DNA of 64,000 bases from assembly GCA_017513085.1 (NCBI GenBank), contig JAFWDK010000023.1, positions 24,343 to 88,342 on the forward strand, given 5' to 3'. The translations under genes and the position numbers were made by a program. Origin of the DNA: Clostridiales bacterium (GTDB taxonomy: Bacteria > Bacillota > Clostridia > Saccharofermentanales > Saccharofermentanaceae). The notes under the pieces are model-generated. The model searched no databases, was not told where the DNA came from, and saw only the letters and a list, made by a program, of their open reading frames with translations. Positions 19,059-29,331 of this stretch are shown here, piece by piece (the stretch's first letter is position 1; every line of letters begins with the position of its first letter).

Positions 19059-20785
19059 TACTGATCGCCTCCTTTCTTCTGGGATTCATACACTTCTTTA
19101 TAGATCTCATTATTCGCCAGCAGCTCCTCATGAGTACCCACCGCATTAATCTTACCGTTATCGATAACGATGATCTTGTCGGCATGTTCCACAGAGGAAA
19201 TACGCTGTGCAATGATCAGCTTGGTCGTACCCGGGATATACTCGGCAAACCCTTTCTGGATCTGTGCGTCGGTAGCTGTATCGACTGCGCTCGTAGAGTC
19301 ATCGAGGATCAGGATCTTCGGATTCTTAAGAAGCGCTCTGGCAATACAGAGTCTCTGCTTCTGTCCACCGGAAACATTGGTACCGCCCTGCTCGATATAG
19401 GTATCATATCCATCCGGAAAAGCACTGATAAACGAGTCTGCCTGTGCGATCTTGCATGCGTGGATCATCTCTTCATCTGTCGCATTCGGATTACCCCAAC
19501 GGAGATTTTCCTTGATCGTTCCGGAAAATAATACGTTCTTCTGCAGCACCATCGCCACATTATCACGGATGACATTCAAGTCGTACTCCCGTACATCCAC
19601 ACCGCCGACCTTGACAGATCCGTCGGTAACATCGTAAAGACGCGGGATCAACTGTACGAAAGATGATTTTCCGCTTCCTGTACCACCGATGATACCTACG
19701 GTCTCACCGGACTTGATATGCAGATCGATATCTGACAGGCAGCTCTTCTCTTTTTTCTTGGAATAGCTGAAGAATACGTCATTAAAATCAATGGAACCAT
19801 CCTTGACTTCCATGACCGGATTCTCCGGATTCGTGATATCCGGCTGCTCGTTCAGGATCTCCGAGATACGTTCGGCCGAAGCACGTGAAATAACGATCAT
19901 AACAATGATCATGGAAACCATCATAAGACTCATCAGGATCTGCATGGTATAGGAGAACATACTGCTGAGCTCACCTGTCGTCATATCTTTATTCACGACC
20001 AGTCTTGCGCCGACCCAGGAGATCAGAAGCATCGCGGAATAGATGCTGGCCATCATAAGCGGTCCGTTGAAATTCAGGGCTCGTTCAGCTTTGACCGAAT
20101 CATCGCGGATGCTTTTGGAAACGGAAGTAAACTTCTCGATCTCATGATCCTCTCTTACGAAAGACTTGACCACGCGGATGCCACGGACATTCTCCTGCAC
20201 AACATTGTTCATCAGGTCAAACTTCTTAAACATACGGACAAAAATCGGATGCGCATAGCGGAAGATCAGGACCAGACCGATCATCAGGACCGGAGCGATG
20301 CCAAGAAGGATCAACGCCACTTTCGCATTGATATAAAAGCTCGCGCACATGGCAAAGATCAGCATGATCGGTGCACGGACAGCAATACGGATCACCATCT
20401 GGTAAGCATTCTGAACGTTCGTGACATCTGTCGTCAGTCTCGTGATAATGCTTGATGTCTTGAACTTATCGATATTGGAAAACGAGAAGTTCTGAAGATT
20501 ATGGAACATATCATGTCGTAAATTCTTCGCAAAACCGGCGCTGGCTTTGGCCGCTTCTTTTCCGGAAAGCGCGCCGAACGCCATGGATGCAAACATACAA
20601 ACGAGAAGCAGAACGCCCATCTTCCAGACGTACCCCATATCACTCTTCTCGATACCATTGTCGATCAGTTTCGACATTAGAAGCGGCATAAGAACTTCCA
20701 TTACCACTTCGCAGGAAACGAGGATCGGCGCAAGAAGCGAGGATCTCTTGTATTCCCTTACGGATTTTAACAGTCGTTTTATCAT
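19058..20785 (-). CDS. Type IV ABC exporter, fused TMD-NBD subunit (degenerate-site partner of a heterodimer)
   Basis: GGTGSGKS, VSGGQKQR, ILDDSTS (D in place of the catalytic E), IAQR (Q in place of H). Confidence 0.93.
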   Translation of the reverse strand: MIKRLLKSVREYKRSSLLAPILVSCEVVMEVLMPLLMSKLIDNGIEKSDMGYVWKMGVLLLVCMFASMAFGALSGKEAAKASAGFAKNLRHDMFHNLQNFSFSNIDKFKTSSIITRLTTDVTNVQNAYQMVIRIAVRAPIMLIFAMCASFYINAKVALILLGIAPVLMIGLVLIFRYAHPIFVRMFKKFDLMNNVVQENVRGIRVVKSFVREDHEIEKFTSVSKSIRDDSVKAERALNFNGPLMMASIYSAMLLISWVGARLVVNKDMTTGELSSMFSYTMQILMSLMMVSMIIVMIVISRASAERISEILNEQPDITNPENPVMEVKDGSIDFNDVFFSYSKKKEKSCLSDIDLHIKSGETVGIIGGTGSGKSSFVQLIPRLYDVTDGSVKVGGVDVREYDLNVIRDNVAMVLQKNVLFSGTIKENLRWGNPNATDEEMIHACKIAQADSFISAFPDGYDTYIEQGGTNVSGGQKQRLCIARALLKNPKILILDDSTSAVDTATDAQIQKGFAEYIPGTTKLIIAQRISSVEHADKIIVIDNGKINAVGTHEELLANNEIYKEVYESQKKGGDQ

Positions 20786-21270
20786 TCTTCTAAATTCCTT
20801 ATCATTCTTTGTGTCAGTTCAATGTAAGTCTGTATTTCTTCTTCACTAAGTCCCCGGACCAGTTTTTTCTCCACACCTGCGATGGTCGAATCGACCTTTT
20901 TCTTCGCCTGTCGTGCCTGCTCGGTCACGATGATCCTCTTCATCCGGGCATCTTTCTCTTCGCACTCACGGCGGATCGCGCCACGCTGCTCCAAAAGTTT
21001 CAAGATTCCGGTCGCTGTGCTGCGCTGGATATGAAACTCCTGCTCGATGTCCTTCTGATAGACGGCATTTCCGAGTTCAAACTGGTAATTCAAATACCCC
21101 ATAACGTGTGCCTGGACTGCAGTCAGCCTTCCCTCTGCGCAAGAAGCAAATTCCTGATCCAATGCTTCATCAATGGTCAGACGGATCGACTTGGATAAAT
21201 GGCGCACATAAGGTCCCATCCGGATCTCTTTTCCGAGGCCGTTAGGTAAAGACCTATTCTCAATCGGCAT
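20782..21270 (-). CDS. MarR family transcriptional regulator
   Basis: VYQKDIEQEFHIQRSTATGILKLLEQRGAI..DARMKRI. The start codon is uncertain (21270 chosen). Confidence 0.9.
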   Translation of the reverse strand: MPIENRSLPNGLGKEIRMGPYVRHLSKSIRLTIDEALDQEFASCAEGRLTAVQAHVMGYLNYQFELGNAVYQKDIEQEFHIQRSTATGILKLLEQRGAIRRECEEKDARMKRIIVTEQARQAKKKVDSTIAGVEKKLVRGLSEEEIQTYIELTQRMIRNLEE

Positions 21271-21322
21271 ATTGTCTGATACACTCCCCCTCTTTTCCAA
21301 AATGGATCGTGCCTTCAAAATT

Positions 21323-21386
21323 GTTAGGATGCTAACTTATTTTGTTAGGACGCTAACATAATATCTCTTTTGCCGATTCAAGTCAA
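21323..21386 (-). promoter_or_regulatory. Sigma-A promoter with two tandem palindromic MarR operators
   Basis: TTGACT(21386-21381)-17 nt-TATTAT(21363-21358). Palindromes GTTAGGATGCTAAC (21323-21336) and GTTAGGACGCTAAC (21344-21357). Confidence 0.8.
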
Positions 21387-21411
21387 CATGAAAAACTACT
21401 GATCCTGACTG

Positions 21412-22074
21412 TCAGAGGATCTCCCAGATGATCGTGACAGTGTCTGCCACGTCAATATCTTCCGGTTCCATATCTATTCCAAGCGCGCAGTCTTCGGAAA
21501 TACCCGTCATAAATACTTTAGAGCGCTGCATCGTCGTAACTTCCATTCTTACATCTTCAAAGGAATAATCTATATGACGGATCTCTCCCAGAGTCACACC
21601 CGAAGCCGAAGCCAGGATCGTTGCTTTGTTTCTGGCATCGGCGACGGCTCCGGCCAGAAGAAGGTTCTTGGCCGCTTCCTGGTCTTTCACCCTGTAACTG
21701 ACGCGGAATTCAGGTTCTGCCGGACACTTGGCCAGGCAGGTAAATACTTTTCCCAATATCTCCTTATCGGAATCAAAGACAAGACGCAGCTCATGACAAA
21801 AGCGGTATCCCTTGAAACGCTGTTTCCAGACACCATTCTCGTCATAACCCTCGTACTCGGGTTCAATATCAAATCGTACCGTCTTGATCTCCGAAGCGGA
21901 AAAGCCGGCTGCTGCCAGAGATGCTTTCACGGCTTCACTATCTTCGGAAGCACGACGTACCGCTTTTTCATAGTTTTTCTCGACATCACACACAGTAATA
22001 CCGATACAAGTCTGATCCGGTTTAACCTTGATCAAGCCTCTTCCTGTTACACGCATCGTTTTTCTGGCATTCAT
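21412..22074 (-). CDS. SIMPL (DUF541) domain protein
   Basis: VTGRGLIKVKPD, AVADARNKA..LA..GVTLG, and a C-terminal TVTIIWEI pattern. Confidence 0.85.
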   Translation of the reverse strand: MNARKTMRVTGRGLIKVKPDQTCIGITVCDVEKNYEKAVRRASEDSEAVKASLAAAGFSASEIKTVRFDIEPEYEGYDENGVWKQRFKGYRFCHELRLVFDSDKEILGKVFTCLAKCPAEPEFRVSYRVKDQEAAKNLLLAGAVADARNKATILASASGVTLGEIRHIDYSFEDVRMEVTTMQRSKVFMTGISEDCALGIDMEPEDIDVADTVTIIWEIL

Positions 22075-22087
22075 AGCTTCTCCTCCT

Positions 22088-22834
22088 TTAGCTTATGTTA
22101 TTCACGATCCCGATGGAAACATATCCGTCGATCAGAGCCTGAAGGTCGGTCCCTTCCTCCGCATGATCCCTATCGATCCAGTGGATCGAATATTCTCTGG
22201 TACCGTCAGCATACTCCTGCTCCAGACGATAGTAATCAACATACGGCGTGCCCATACCGACCCTTCTGTCCCGAAGGATGCCCTTGCAATCAGCAAGCGC
22301 GCAATCCGTAAAGTTGACATTGATCACCTTTCCCGGCATCAGATCCGAACCGAAGATCTCTTCCAGAACGATCGGCAGATAGTGATCTGTTACAGCGTGG
22401 CCGGCCCCGCTTGCCCGCTTGTCGAACGCAAAGCCTTCGGAAAAAGCAACGGCCGGATATCCTGTCATCGCTGCATCCAGTGCGGCGGCTACTGTGGCCG
22501 AGTACTGTATATCCGTTCCCACATTAAACCCGTTATTGATTCCCGAGAATACGATGTCCGGCTTCTGCGGCAGGATGCATTGGCATCCGATGCGCACACA
22601 ATCTGAAGGCTGCCCGGAACATGAGAAGGCGTGTACGCCTTCAATGCCCAAATCATAAGGTTTCACCTTAAGCGGAACGTCGATCGTAAGACTGTGCGAA
22701 GCAGCACTGCGCTGTGTATCCGGTGCCACGACCCAGACCTCTCCATAGTTCAAAGCCGCCTGTGCAAGGCGCGCTAAACCGTCGGATCCGATCCCGTCAT
22801 CGTTGACAATAAGTATCCTTCTGTTTTTTCCCAT
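22088..22834 (-). CDS. surE: 5'/3'-nucleotidase SurE
   Basis: ILIVNDDGI, VVAPDTQRSAASHS, SGINNGFN..YSATV. Confidence 0.93.
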   Translation of the reverse strand: MGKNRRILIVNDDGIGSDGLARLAQAALNYGEVWVVAPDTQRSAASHSLTIDVPLKVKPYDLGIEGVHAFSCSGQPSDCVRIGCQCILPQKPDIVFSGINNGFNVGTDIQYSATVAAALDAAMTGYPAVAFSEGFAFDKRASGAGHAVTDHYLPIVLEEIFGSDLMPGKVINVNFTDCALADCKGILRDRRVGMGTPYVDYYRLEQEYADGTREYSIHWIDRDHAEEGTDLQALIDGYVSIGIVNNIS

Positions 22835-22852
22835 GATTTTTCCCTGACCCGC

Positions 22853-23155
22853 TCAGACTTCAAAATCGAAGCAGCTTCTGATCTTCGCATATGGGCGGAC
22901 TTTTCCGCTCGCTACGGCTACGTGATCCGGATGCACGGCATAGCCGGCAAGCGCCGCTTCATCTTCAAAAGTGGAATCCAGCATCAGGTCTGTATTCGAG
23001 CTTGCCAATCCTTCGGTCAGCACTTTGATCTCGATCAGCCCCGGAATTTTTCCGGCAAGGCCCTCAAGACCCTCTTTAATATTCTTCTTTACTTCCGCTT
23101 TCTCCTCATGAGAAAGCTCTTCCTTTAACGTCCAGATGATCACATGTTTTACCAT
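22853..23155 (-). CDS. Dabb family (stress-responsive A/B barrel) protein
   Basis: MVKHVIIW..L..KIPGL..YAVHPDH..DFE. Confidence 0.88.
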   Translation of the reverse strand: MVKHVIIWTLKEELSHEEKAEVKKNIKEGLEGLAGKIPGLIEIKVLTEGLASSNTDLMLDSTFEDEAALAGYAVHPDHVAVASGKVRPYAKIRSCFDFEV

Positions 23156-23353
23156 AGTAAATTCGCTCCGTTTTTCTGTGTGTTGTTCTTTTTCATCTTA
23201 TCATATACTGCGTCGGAAATGGGATCTTCTTTTTCCGTAATTTCATCCGCAATAGCCGACAGTCAGGTTCTTCTGATAAAGAGTATCATATATATATACT
23301 ATGATATAATAGTTTGACATAAAGAATGAGGAGTTCTTTTTAAAAGGAGGAAA

Positions 23354-24418
23354 ATGAATATGTTGAATACGATTTTACGGGTCCTGGGCTTTGCTTTGGT
23401 CCTTGGTGGAATTATTTTATTGGGCTGGAAGTCTTTCCAGAATACCGGAACGGTACCGCAGGGGGTTCCGGCTGCTAAAAAGAAGAGTTTCAAAAAACCG
23501 GCTCTGATTCTGGTTCTGCTCGGCGCTCTGTCTATCATTGCGTCTTTGGCTTTTACCATTATCCCGACGGGTTATACCGGTGTTCGTGTAACTTTCGGTC
23601 AGGTTGAACAGCGCACGCTGAATAACGGTATCAATTTCCAGATCCCCTTGATCCAGGAGATCGTGCTGGTCAACAACAAGCAGCAGGATATCAAGTTTAA
23701 CGATAATGCCATCTCTTCCGAGACCAGCGAGCGTAACACGGTAAACTTCCGCGGCATTACTGTTACCTATCAGATCAATCCGGAAAAGTCCGCTTGGATC
23801 TTCGCTAATGTCACAAACTACGAAGCCGGTCTGGTCAGCGAGTCTCTGGTAGCTTCCGCGATCAAGACCACTTCCAAGACTTTGTCTCCGAACGACTGTA
23901 CCAACCGAAGCATCATTGAGCCGAAAGCCAAGGATAATATTCAAAAATCACTGGATGAGAAATACGGCCCGGATGTCGTATATGTCAACAAAGTCGTAAT
24001 CAACGACGCCGCTTTTGACTCGGAATACGACGAAAAGATCGCTAAGAAACAGCAGGCTCAGATCGATTACGAGACACAGCAGATCGAGAATAAGAAGAAT
24101 ATTGAAAAGGCAGAAGCGGATGCCGCTGTCATGAAGACACAGGCGCAGGCAAAGGCGGAGGCAAAAGTTATTGCTGCACAGGCTGAAGCGGATTCCAACA
24201 AGCTCATCAGCGACTCGATCGATGAGAACGTATTGCGCAACAAGTATTATGAGATCTGGGACGGTAAGCTCCCGGCTACCATTGTCGGCGCCGATGCAGC
24301 AGCTTCAATCCTGATCAATGCAATGCCGACAAACAACTCTACGTCCGGTTCAGGTTCATCCAGTGTAACACCTACACCTGCACCGACGCCTACACCAACT
24401 CCGGCACCGGAGTCCTGA
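23354..24418 (+). CDS. SPFH/prohibitin family membrane protein
   Basis: Two TM helices, IIPTGYTGVRVTFGQV, AEA-rich coiled coil, WDGKLP, Pro-Thr tail. Confidence 0.88.
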   Translation: MNMLNTILRVLGFALVLGGIILLGWKSFQNTGTVPQGVPAAKKKSFKKPALILVLLGALSIIASLAFTIIPTGYTGVRVTFGQVEQRTLNNGINFQIPLIQEIVLVNNKQQDIKFNDNAISSETSERNTVNFRGITVTYQINPEKSAWIFANVTNYEAGLVSESLVASAIKTTSKTLSPNDCTNRSIIEPKAKDNIQKSLDEKYGPDVVYVNKVVINDAAFDSEYDEKIAKKQQAQIDYETQQIENKKNIEKAEADAAVMKTQAQAKAEAKVIAAQAEADSNKLISDSIDENVLRNKYYEIWDGKLPATIVGADAAASILINAMPTNNSTSGSGSSSVTPTPAPTPTPTPAPES

Positions 24419-24446
24419 TCAATTATATGAATGGGAGATTAATCTT

Positions 24447-26255
24447 ATGAAACGCAGCATAGCAGCGATTCTTTCACTTTCCATCGTTCTTGGACTTGCC
24501 GGATGCAAGAATAAGGGCGACGAAACCAGAACAGAGAGAAGCACCAGAACGAAAAAGACTGAAATCACCGAGACCGAAGATACGGAGAGTTCTGAAGAAC
24601 CTACTGAAACAGAAAGCGAAACCGAGCCTTCCGAATCATCGGAAACTTCTGAAACAACTGAATCCGAGACATCTGTCGAGTCTGACACATCGGAAACATC
24701 GGATTCTTCCGAGTCTTCGGAATCCTCTAAAGAATCCGAAAGTTCGGAGACTTCAGATACATCCGCGCCCACACCTACACCGGCTTCGATTCCGAAGATC
24801 ACTTTTTCCAACAACCTGAAGAGCCTCGACTTGAAGCGCAGCAACAGGATCCGTGCATATTCCGAACTCTGCCCTTCTGCCGGAGAAAACTCGATGGCTG
24901 AGCTGAAAGAAGAGTTGGAATTCTACCAGATCGGATCCTCTGATTTCTCTAAACTCACTACAGTGACCGATGCTATTTTTGATGGAAGAGCCAGACGCAT
25001 GGATTCCTATTACGATCAGGCGCTTGCAACTTTCCACGACGACGTGCAAGGCCTTACCAGCGATGAGTTCTGGGATTATCGTACGAGAATGTTCCAAACC
25101 CACACCCGCGTTGCTCGGGCAGACAGCCAGATCTATTCTTTTGAGCTGACCGATGGTGTTTCGGACAGTTATTCAACACAGTATTTCAATCTGGATTCTT
25201 CCACCGGAGATTCAATCAAACTTGATGATGTCGTTTTAGACAGAGCCACGATGGCTAAGATCGTCGAGACTCTCCCGATCGGCGAAGGCTACGAAAAAGA
25301 AAACCTTCAACTGGCCTATGCCTCGATCGCTGATGCGCTTTCCAATAATAAAGAGGTAGACTTCCTTCTTTATCCGAACGCGATCCAATTCGCCTACACG
25401 ATCAGAGTATACGATTATGATCAGACATACTTCTGCACCATTCCGACAGTTCTTCTGGGCGGAGTCGTGGATCTGAAATACTTCGGCGCCACCACCAAAA
25501 ACTATTCTCTGGTTTTCGGTTCCAATAATACCTGCGTTTGGGATTTCGACGGTGACAGTACACCCGATGTTTTAAGCATCAACTGTGGAGATGACAACAG
25601 CAAGACGATCGACTTCATGTTCAACAACACCGCCTCGTCCATAACCAAGGAAAACAAAATCTATTCGGACAATGGTTTCTATCCTTTGTACGTAAGCGTT
25701 ACAGATAATGGTACATTTATCTACGTCGGATGTTCCAATGAGGATCCGGTCGATGGTTGCCTGGTCTTCTGTCTTCGCGCAGATGAAAAGATCGAGTTTA
25801 TTGACGAGTGTGAAATTTTTGATTCTATCCCGTACGATCCTTCCAACTGCCGGATCACCCCCAGATGTGATCTCCTCGGGACAGGCCATATGACCGTAAA
25901 CGCTTCTATATTGGGTAATAACGGAATTCCTAAACCTATCGATCCTTTCTACGAAAAGAGCGGCGTGGGTGTTACCGTCAAGGAAATGAAGCTTGCCGGA
26001 TACAGTGAAGAGGGACCTTTGGCCGGCGATACCGTCACGATCCCCAAGGGCACGTCCGTCCGCATGATCGGCATTGATTCCGCAAACGAAATGGCGCTTT
26101 TCACGACATTAAACGAAAATGAATCCGAGAACGTGATGTTCTATATGGCTTGCTGGAAAGAACATTACGATTACTCGGATGAGTATGACTTCTCGATCCA
26201 TTACGATGGCGATTCTGCATATCAGCTCTTTGTCGGCCCAATGTATGCTGACTAA
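24447..26255 (+). CDS. Lipoprotein with Ser/Thr/Glu-rich linker, hypothetical
   Basis: Lipobox LAGC, long S/T/E low-complexity region, then an acidic globular region. Confidence 0.7.
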   Translation: MKRSIAAILSLSIVLGLAGCKNKGDETRTERSTRTKKTEITETEDTESSEEPTETESETEPSESSETSETTESETSVESDTSETSDSSESSESSKESESSETSDTSAPTPTPASIPKITFSNNLKSLDLKRSNRIRAYSELCPSAGENSMAELKEELEFYQIGSSDFSKLTTVTDAIFDGRARRMDSYYDQALATFHDDVQGLTSDEFWDYRTRMFQTHTRVARADSQIYSFELTDGVSDSYSTQYFNLDSSTGDSIKLDDVVLDRATMAKIVETLPIGEGYEKENLQLAYASIADALSNNKEVDFLLYPNAIQFAYTIRVYDYDQTYFCTIPTVLLGGVVDLKYFGATTKNYSLVFGSNNTCVWDFDGDSTPDVLSINCGDDNSKTIDFMFNNTASSITKENKIYSDNGFYPLYVSVTDNGTFIYVGCSNEDPVDGCLVFCLRADEKIEFIDECEIFDSIPYDPSNCRITPRCDLLGTGHMTVNASILGNNGIPKPIDPFYEKSGVGVTVKEMKLAGYSEEGPLAGDTVTIPKGTSVRMIGIDSANEMALFTTLNENESENVMFYMACWKEHYDYSDEYDFSIHYDGDSAYQLFVGPMYAD

Positions 26256-26282
26256 GCAAATCTGAACCATACGCATCAAATC

Positions 26283-26313
26283 AAAAGGCGCTGCCATTGA
26301 GACAGCGCCTTTT
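26283..26313. terminator. Bidirectional intrinsic terminator
   Basis: AAAAGGCGCTG..CAGCGCCTTTT between convergent genes. Confidence 0.8.
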
Positions 26314-26352
26314 ATTTGTCATGTATCTGATCCGTCAATGATGTGATGCTTC

Positions 26353-27957
26353 TCAGAAGAAGAGCTGGGTTACACGCAGCACTCCATCAATGGCACGAAG
26401 CTCGCTGAGAACATCCTCACTGAGTTCTTCGCTGACAGCCAGGAAAGACTGTGCTTTGGTGGATCCAGGCTTTACGCCCCAGTGCATCGCATTGATATTG
26501 ATGTTGTGATCGCCGATCTTGGTCGCGATCTTACCAATGATGCCCGGAACATCTTCGTTCTGCATAGCTACTACGATCGGTGCCAGAGCAAAATCTGCCT
26601 GGTAGCCGAAGAAGCTTACGAGGACTTCTGTATCTTCACCGACGATCGTACCGGAAACACTGAGTTCGCGGCCTTCATCCGTTACGAAGTTTACTACGAT
26701 CATGCTGGTATAGCGCTCGCACTGTGCACTCTTGCTCTCAACTACCTCGATGCCGCGGCTTTCGACGCCCTGACGGACGTTGACGAAGCTTACACGCTCA
26801 TCGGAATGCACAGAAAGGAAACCCTTGAGGACCGAAAGTGTCAGGATACCTGTTTCCTGGCTGGCAAGTGCGCCACGGAATTCAACTTCGATCTTCTTAA
26901 CCGGAACAGTCTCTGCCTGATAGTAGATCTTACCGAGTTTCTCAGCCAGATCCGCATAAGGACGGATCGCAGCCATATCGCCACTGAAAGCAGGCATGTT
27001 GATTGCAGCAACCAGTTCACCACGAAGTGCTTTTGCAACAAGAGAAGTAACAGCAGAACCAACATTGTGGTTAGCTTCCTGCGTCGAAGCACCCAGGTGC
27101 GGTGTTACAACACAGTTCGGAAGTGTCAGAAGCGGGTTCTGATACTGCTGTTCGCCCGGAGCCTTATCGTAAGAAGGCTCCTTATCGAATACGTCGATTG
27201 CTGCTGCAGCAACCTGACCGGATTTAAGCGCATCATAAAGAGCGGCTTCGTTAACAAGACCACCACGGGCAGCATTGACGATACGAACGCCCTTCTTGCA
27301 CTTGGCAAGTTCTTCTGCGCCGACCATGCCGACGGTCTCTTTATTCTTCGGTGTATGGAAAGTAATGAGATCCGCAACAGCAAGAAGATCTTCGAGCTTC
27401 GCGCAACGCTTTACGCCAACTGTATCAAACTTCTCCTGTGTAATGTACGGGTCATAAGCAACAACTGTCATGCCGATTCCCTTGAGCTTTCTGGCTACGA
27501 TAGAACCGATACGGCCAAGACCGATGATACCTGCTGTCTTACCTTCGAGTTCGTTACCGATCATCTGAGCACGACGGAAATCATCGTTATGGGCAGCCTC
27601 ATTGGCATGGCAGAGATTTCTGAAAATCGAGAAAGCATGAGCTACTGCAAGCTCACCTGCAGCCATGATGTTAGCTTCCGGAGTATTCACGGCAATGATG
27701 CCCTTCTCTGTGCAGGCTGCTACGTCGATATTATCGATACCGTTGCCGGCACGTCCGACAACTTTCAGGTTCTTGGCATTCGCCAGCAGATCCTTGTTGA
27801 CCTGGGTAACGGAACGTACGATCAATGCATCGTAATCACCGATAAATCCCTTGATCTCGTCCTGGGAGCAACCCAGACGCTCGTCTACTTCAAAACCTTC
27901 GTCTTTAAGATACTGGATCGCATCTGCAGCGATCTTTTCTGCTACCAAAATCTTCAT
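26353..27957 (-). CDS. serA: D-3-phosphoglycerate dehydrogenase (long form with ACT domain)
   Basis: GRAGNGIDNID, GIIGLGRIG, NAARGGLV, TPHLGAST, C-terminal NEDVPGIIG. Confidence 0.93.
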   Translation of the reverse strand: MKILVAEKIAADAIQYLKDEGFEVDERLGCSQDEIKGFIGDYDALIVRSVTQVNKDLLANAKNLKVVGRAGNGIDNIDVAACTEKGIIAVNTPEANIMAAGELAVAHAFSIFRNLCHANEAAHNDDFRRAQMIGNELEGKTAGIIGLGRIGSIVARKLKGIGMTVVAYDPYITQEKFDTVGVKRCAKLEDLLAVADLITFHTPKNKETVGMVGAEELAKCKKGVRIVNAARGGLVNEAALYDALKSGQVAAAAIDVFDKEPSYDKAPGEQQYQNPLLTLPNCVVTPHLGASTQEANHNVGSAVTSLVAKALRGELVAAINMPAFSGDMAAIRPYADLAEKLGKIYYQAETVPVKKIEVEFRGALASQETGILTLSVLKGFLSVHSDERVSFVNVRQGVESRGIEVVESKSAQCERYTSMIVVNFVTDEGRELSVSGTIVGEDTEVLVSFFGYQADFALAPIVVAMQNEDVPGIIGKIATKIGDHNININAMHWGVKPGSTKAQSFLAVSEELSEDVLSELRAIDGVLRVTQLFF

Positions 27958-27974
27958 ATCTCGTTCCTCCCAAA

Positions 27975-29072
27975 TTATGCGTTCTGAGCTTTCAGCTCTG
28001 CTACTACTTCATCGAGATCCTTAAGCATTGCTTTGATCTCATCGATCGTTGTATCTGCCATGTGCGCGATACGGAATGTGGTTTCTTTTAAAGCACCATA
28101 ACCACCGGACAGGAGGTATCCTCTCTCACCCATCTTCTTGTTGATCTCAGCAAACGGGATGCCCAGTGTGTTCTTGATACATGTAACGGTTACGGAAAGA
28201 TTATCCGGATCCGAGTACAGTTCTGCATTCTTTCTGGCCCAGTCACGAACCAGTTCCGCCATTTCGCAATGTCTCTTGTAACGGTTCTCCATGCCCTCTG
28301 CAAGGATGCAGTCAAGCTGGTAATCCAGAGCAAACATGTGGGATTCCGACGGAGTGGACGGATACTGGAACGGCTTCTCGTTTACAAACTTTGCCAGTTC
28401 CACATAGTCGAAGTACAGACCTCTGTTCGGGATCGTCTTGGCTTTTTCCAGTGCACGGTCCGAAACGGATGCAATAGACATTCCCGGAGGCAGACCCAGA
28501 CACTTCTGAGTGGATGTGATGCAGACATCGATGCCCCACTCGTCAACCGGAATATAGTCGCCACACATGGAACTTACTGTATCCACGCAAAGGATCACGT
28601 CCGGATACTTTGCCTTTAAGACTTTGGAGATCTCGCCGACAGGGTTGTGGACACCTGTGGAGGTCTCGTTATGTGTAACGGTGATCATGTCATACTCGCC
28701 GGAAGATAGAGCCTCATCGACCATTTCCGGTGTTGTGATCTGTCCCAGTTCGGAACGGAAAATATCTGCCGGAACGCCATTGGATGTTGCCATCTTATAC
28801 CAGCGTTCACCAAAAGCACCAATGGAGAAGATCGCCGCCTTCTTCGCTGTGAAACATCGAACCGCGCCTTCCATAAGACCGCTGCCTGATGAAGTGGAAA
28901 GAATAATCGTGTTCTTTGTTCCCATAACCTTCTGAAGCTTCTCGGAAATTCCCTGCTGCAGGGCGGAAGCATCCTTGGTACGGTGGCCGATCATCGGCGT
29001 AGACATCTTTTCCAATACTTCACGGCGGACTTCTACCGGGCCCGGAATGAAAAGTTTCTTATGCGTACTCAT
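27975..29072 (-). CDS. Class V PLP aminotransferase (serine-pyruvate/AGAT type; likely phosphoserine aminotransferase)
   Basis: LFIPGPV, HNETSTG, VDTVSS, STQKCLGLPPG. Lies directly upstream of serA. RBS GGAGGA precedes ATG 29072. Confidence 0.87.
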   Translation of the reverse strand: MSTHKKLFIPGPVEVRREVLEKMSTPMIGHRTKDASALQQGISEKLQKVMGTKNTIILSTSSGSGLMEGAVRCFTAKKAAIFSIGAFGERWYKMATSNGVPADIFRSELGQITTPEMVDEALSSGEYDMITVTHNETSTGVHNPVGEISKVLKAKYPDVILCVDTVSSMCGDYIPVDEWGIDVCITSTQKCLGLPPGMSIASVSDRALEKAKTIPNRGLYFDYVELAKFVNEKPFQYPSTPSESHMFALDYQLDCILAEGMENRYKRHCEMAELVRDWARKNAELYSDPDNLSVTVTCIKNTLGIPFAEINKKMGERGYLLSGGYGALKETTFRIAHMADTTIDEIKAMLKDLDEVVAELKAQNA

Positions 29073-29270
29073 CGTCAATTCCTCCATGTAATATATATAA
29101 TTACGTACCGTACTATTGTAGACGTATTTTCCCTATTTTTCTAGTGCCAATCCATCTGCTTTTCCATTTTCGGCAAATTACCAAAAAAACCCCTCTGCTT
29201 TCCTGCTTTGCCGACAACCTGCCATGAACTTTAGCGAAATGATTTTTATTCGGGTTATTTCTAAAAAACG

Positions 29271-29302
29271 AAAAAAAGAGGCTGTCTATGTAAGACAGCC
29301 TC
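29271..29302 (-). terminator. Intrinsic terminator
   Basis: GAGGCTGTCT-N5-AGACAGCCTC followed by a T-run on the minus strand. Confidence 0.8.
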
Positions 29303-29331
29303 GTAAGATCTGTTTCTTCTGTTACGCGGGA

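Noticed and set aside
26482-27987. 501-aa plus-strand ORF
   Set aside because: It is the antisense shadow of serA.
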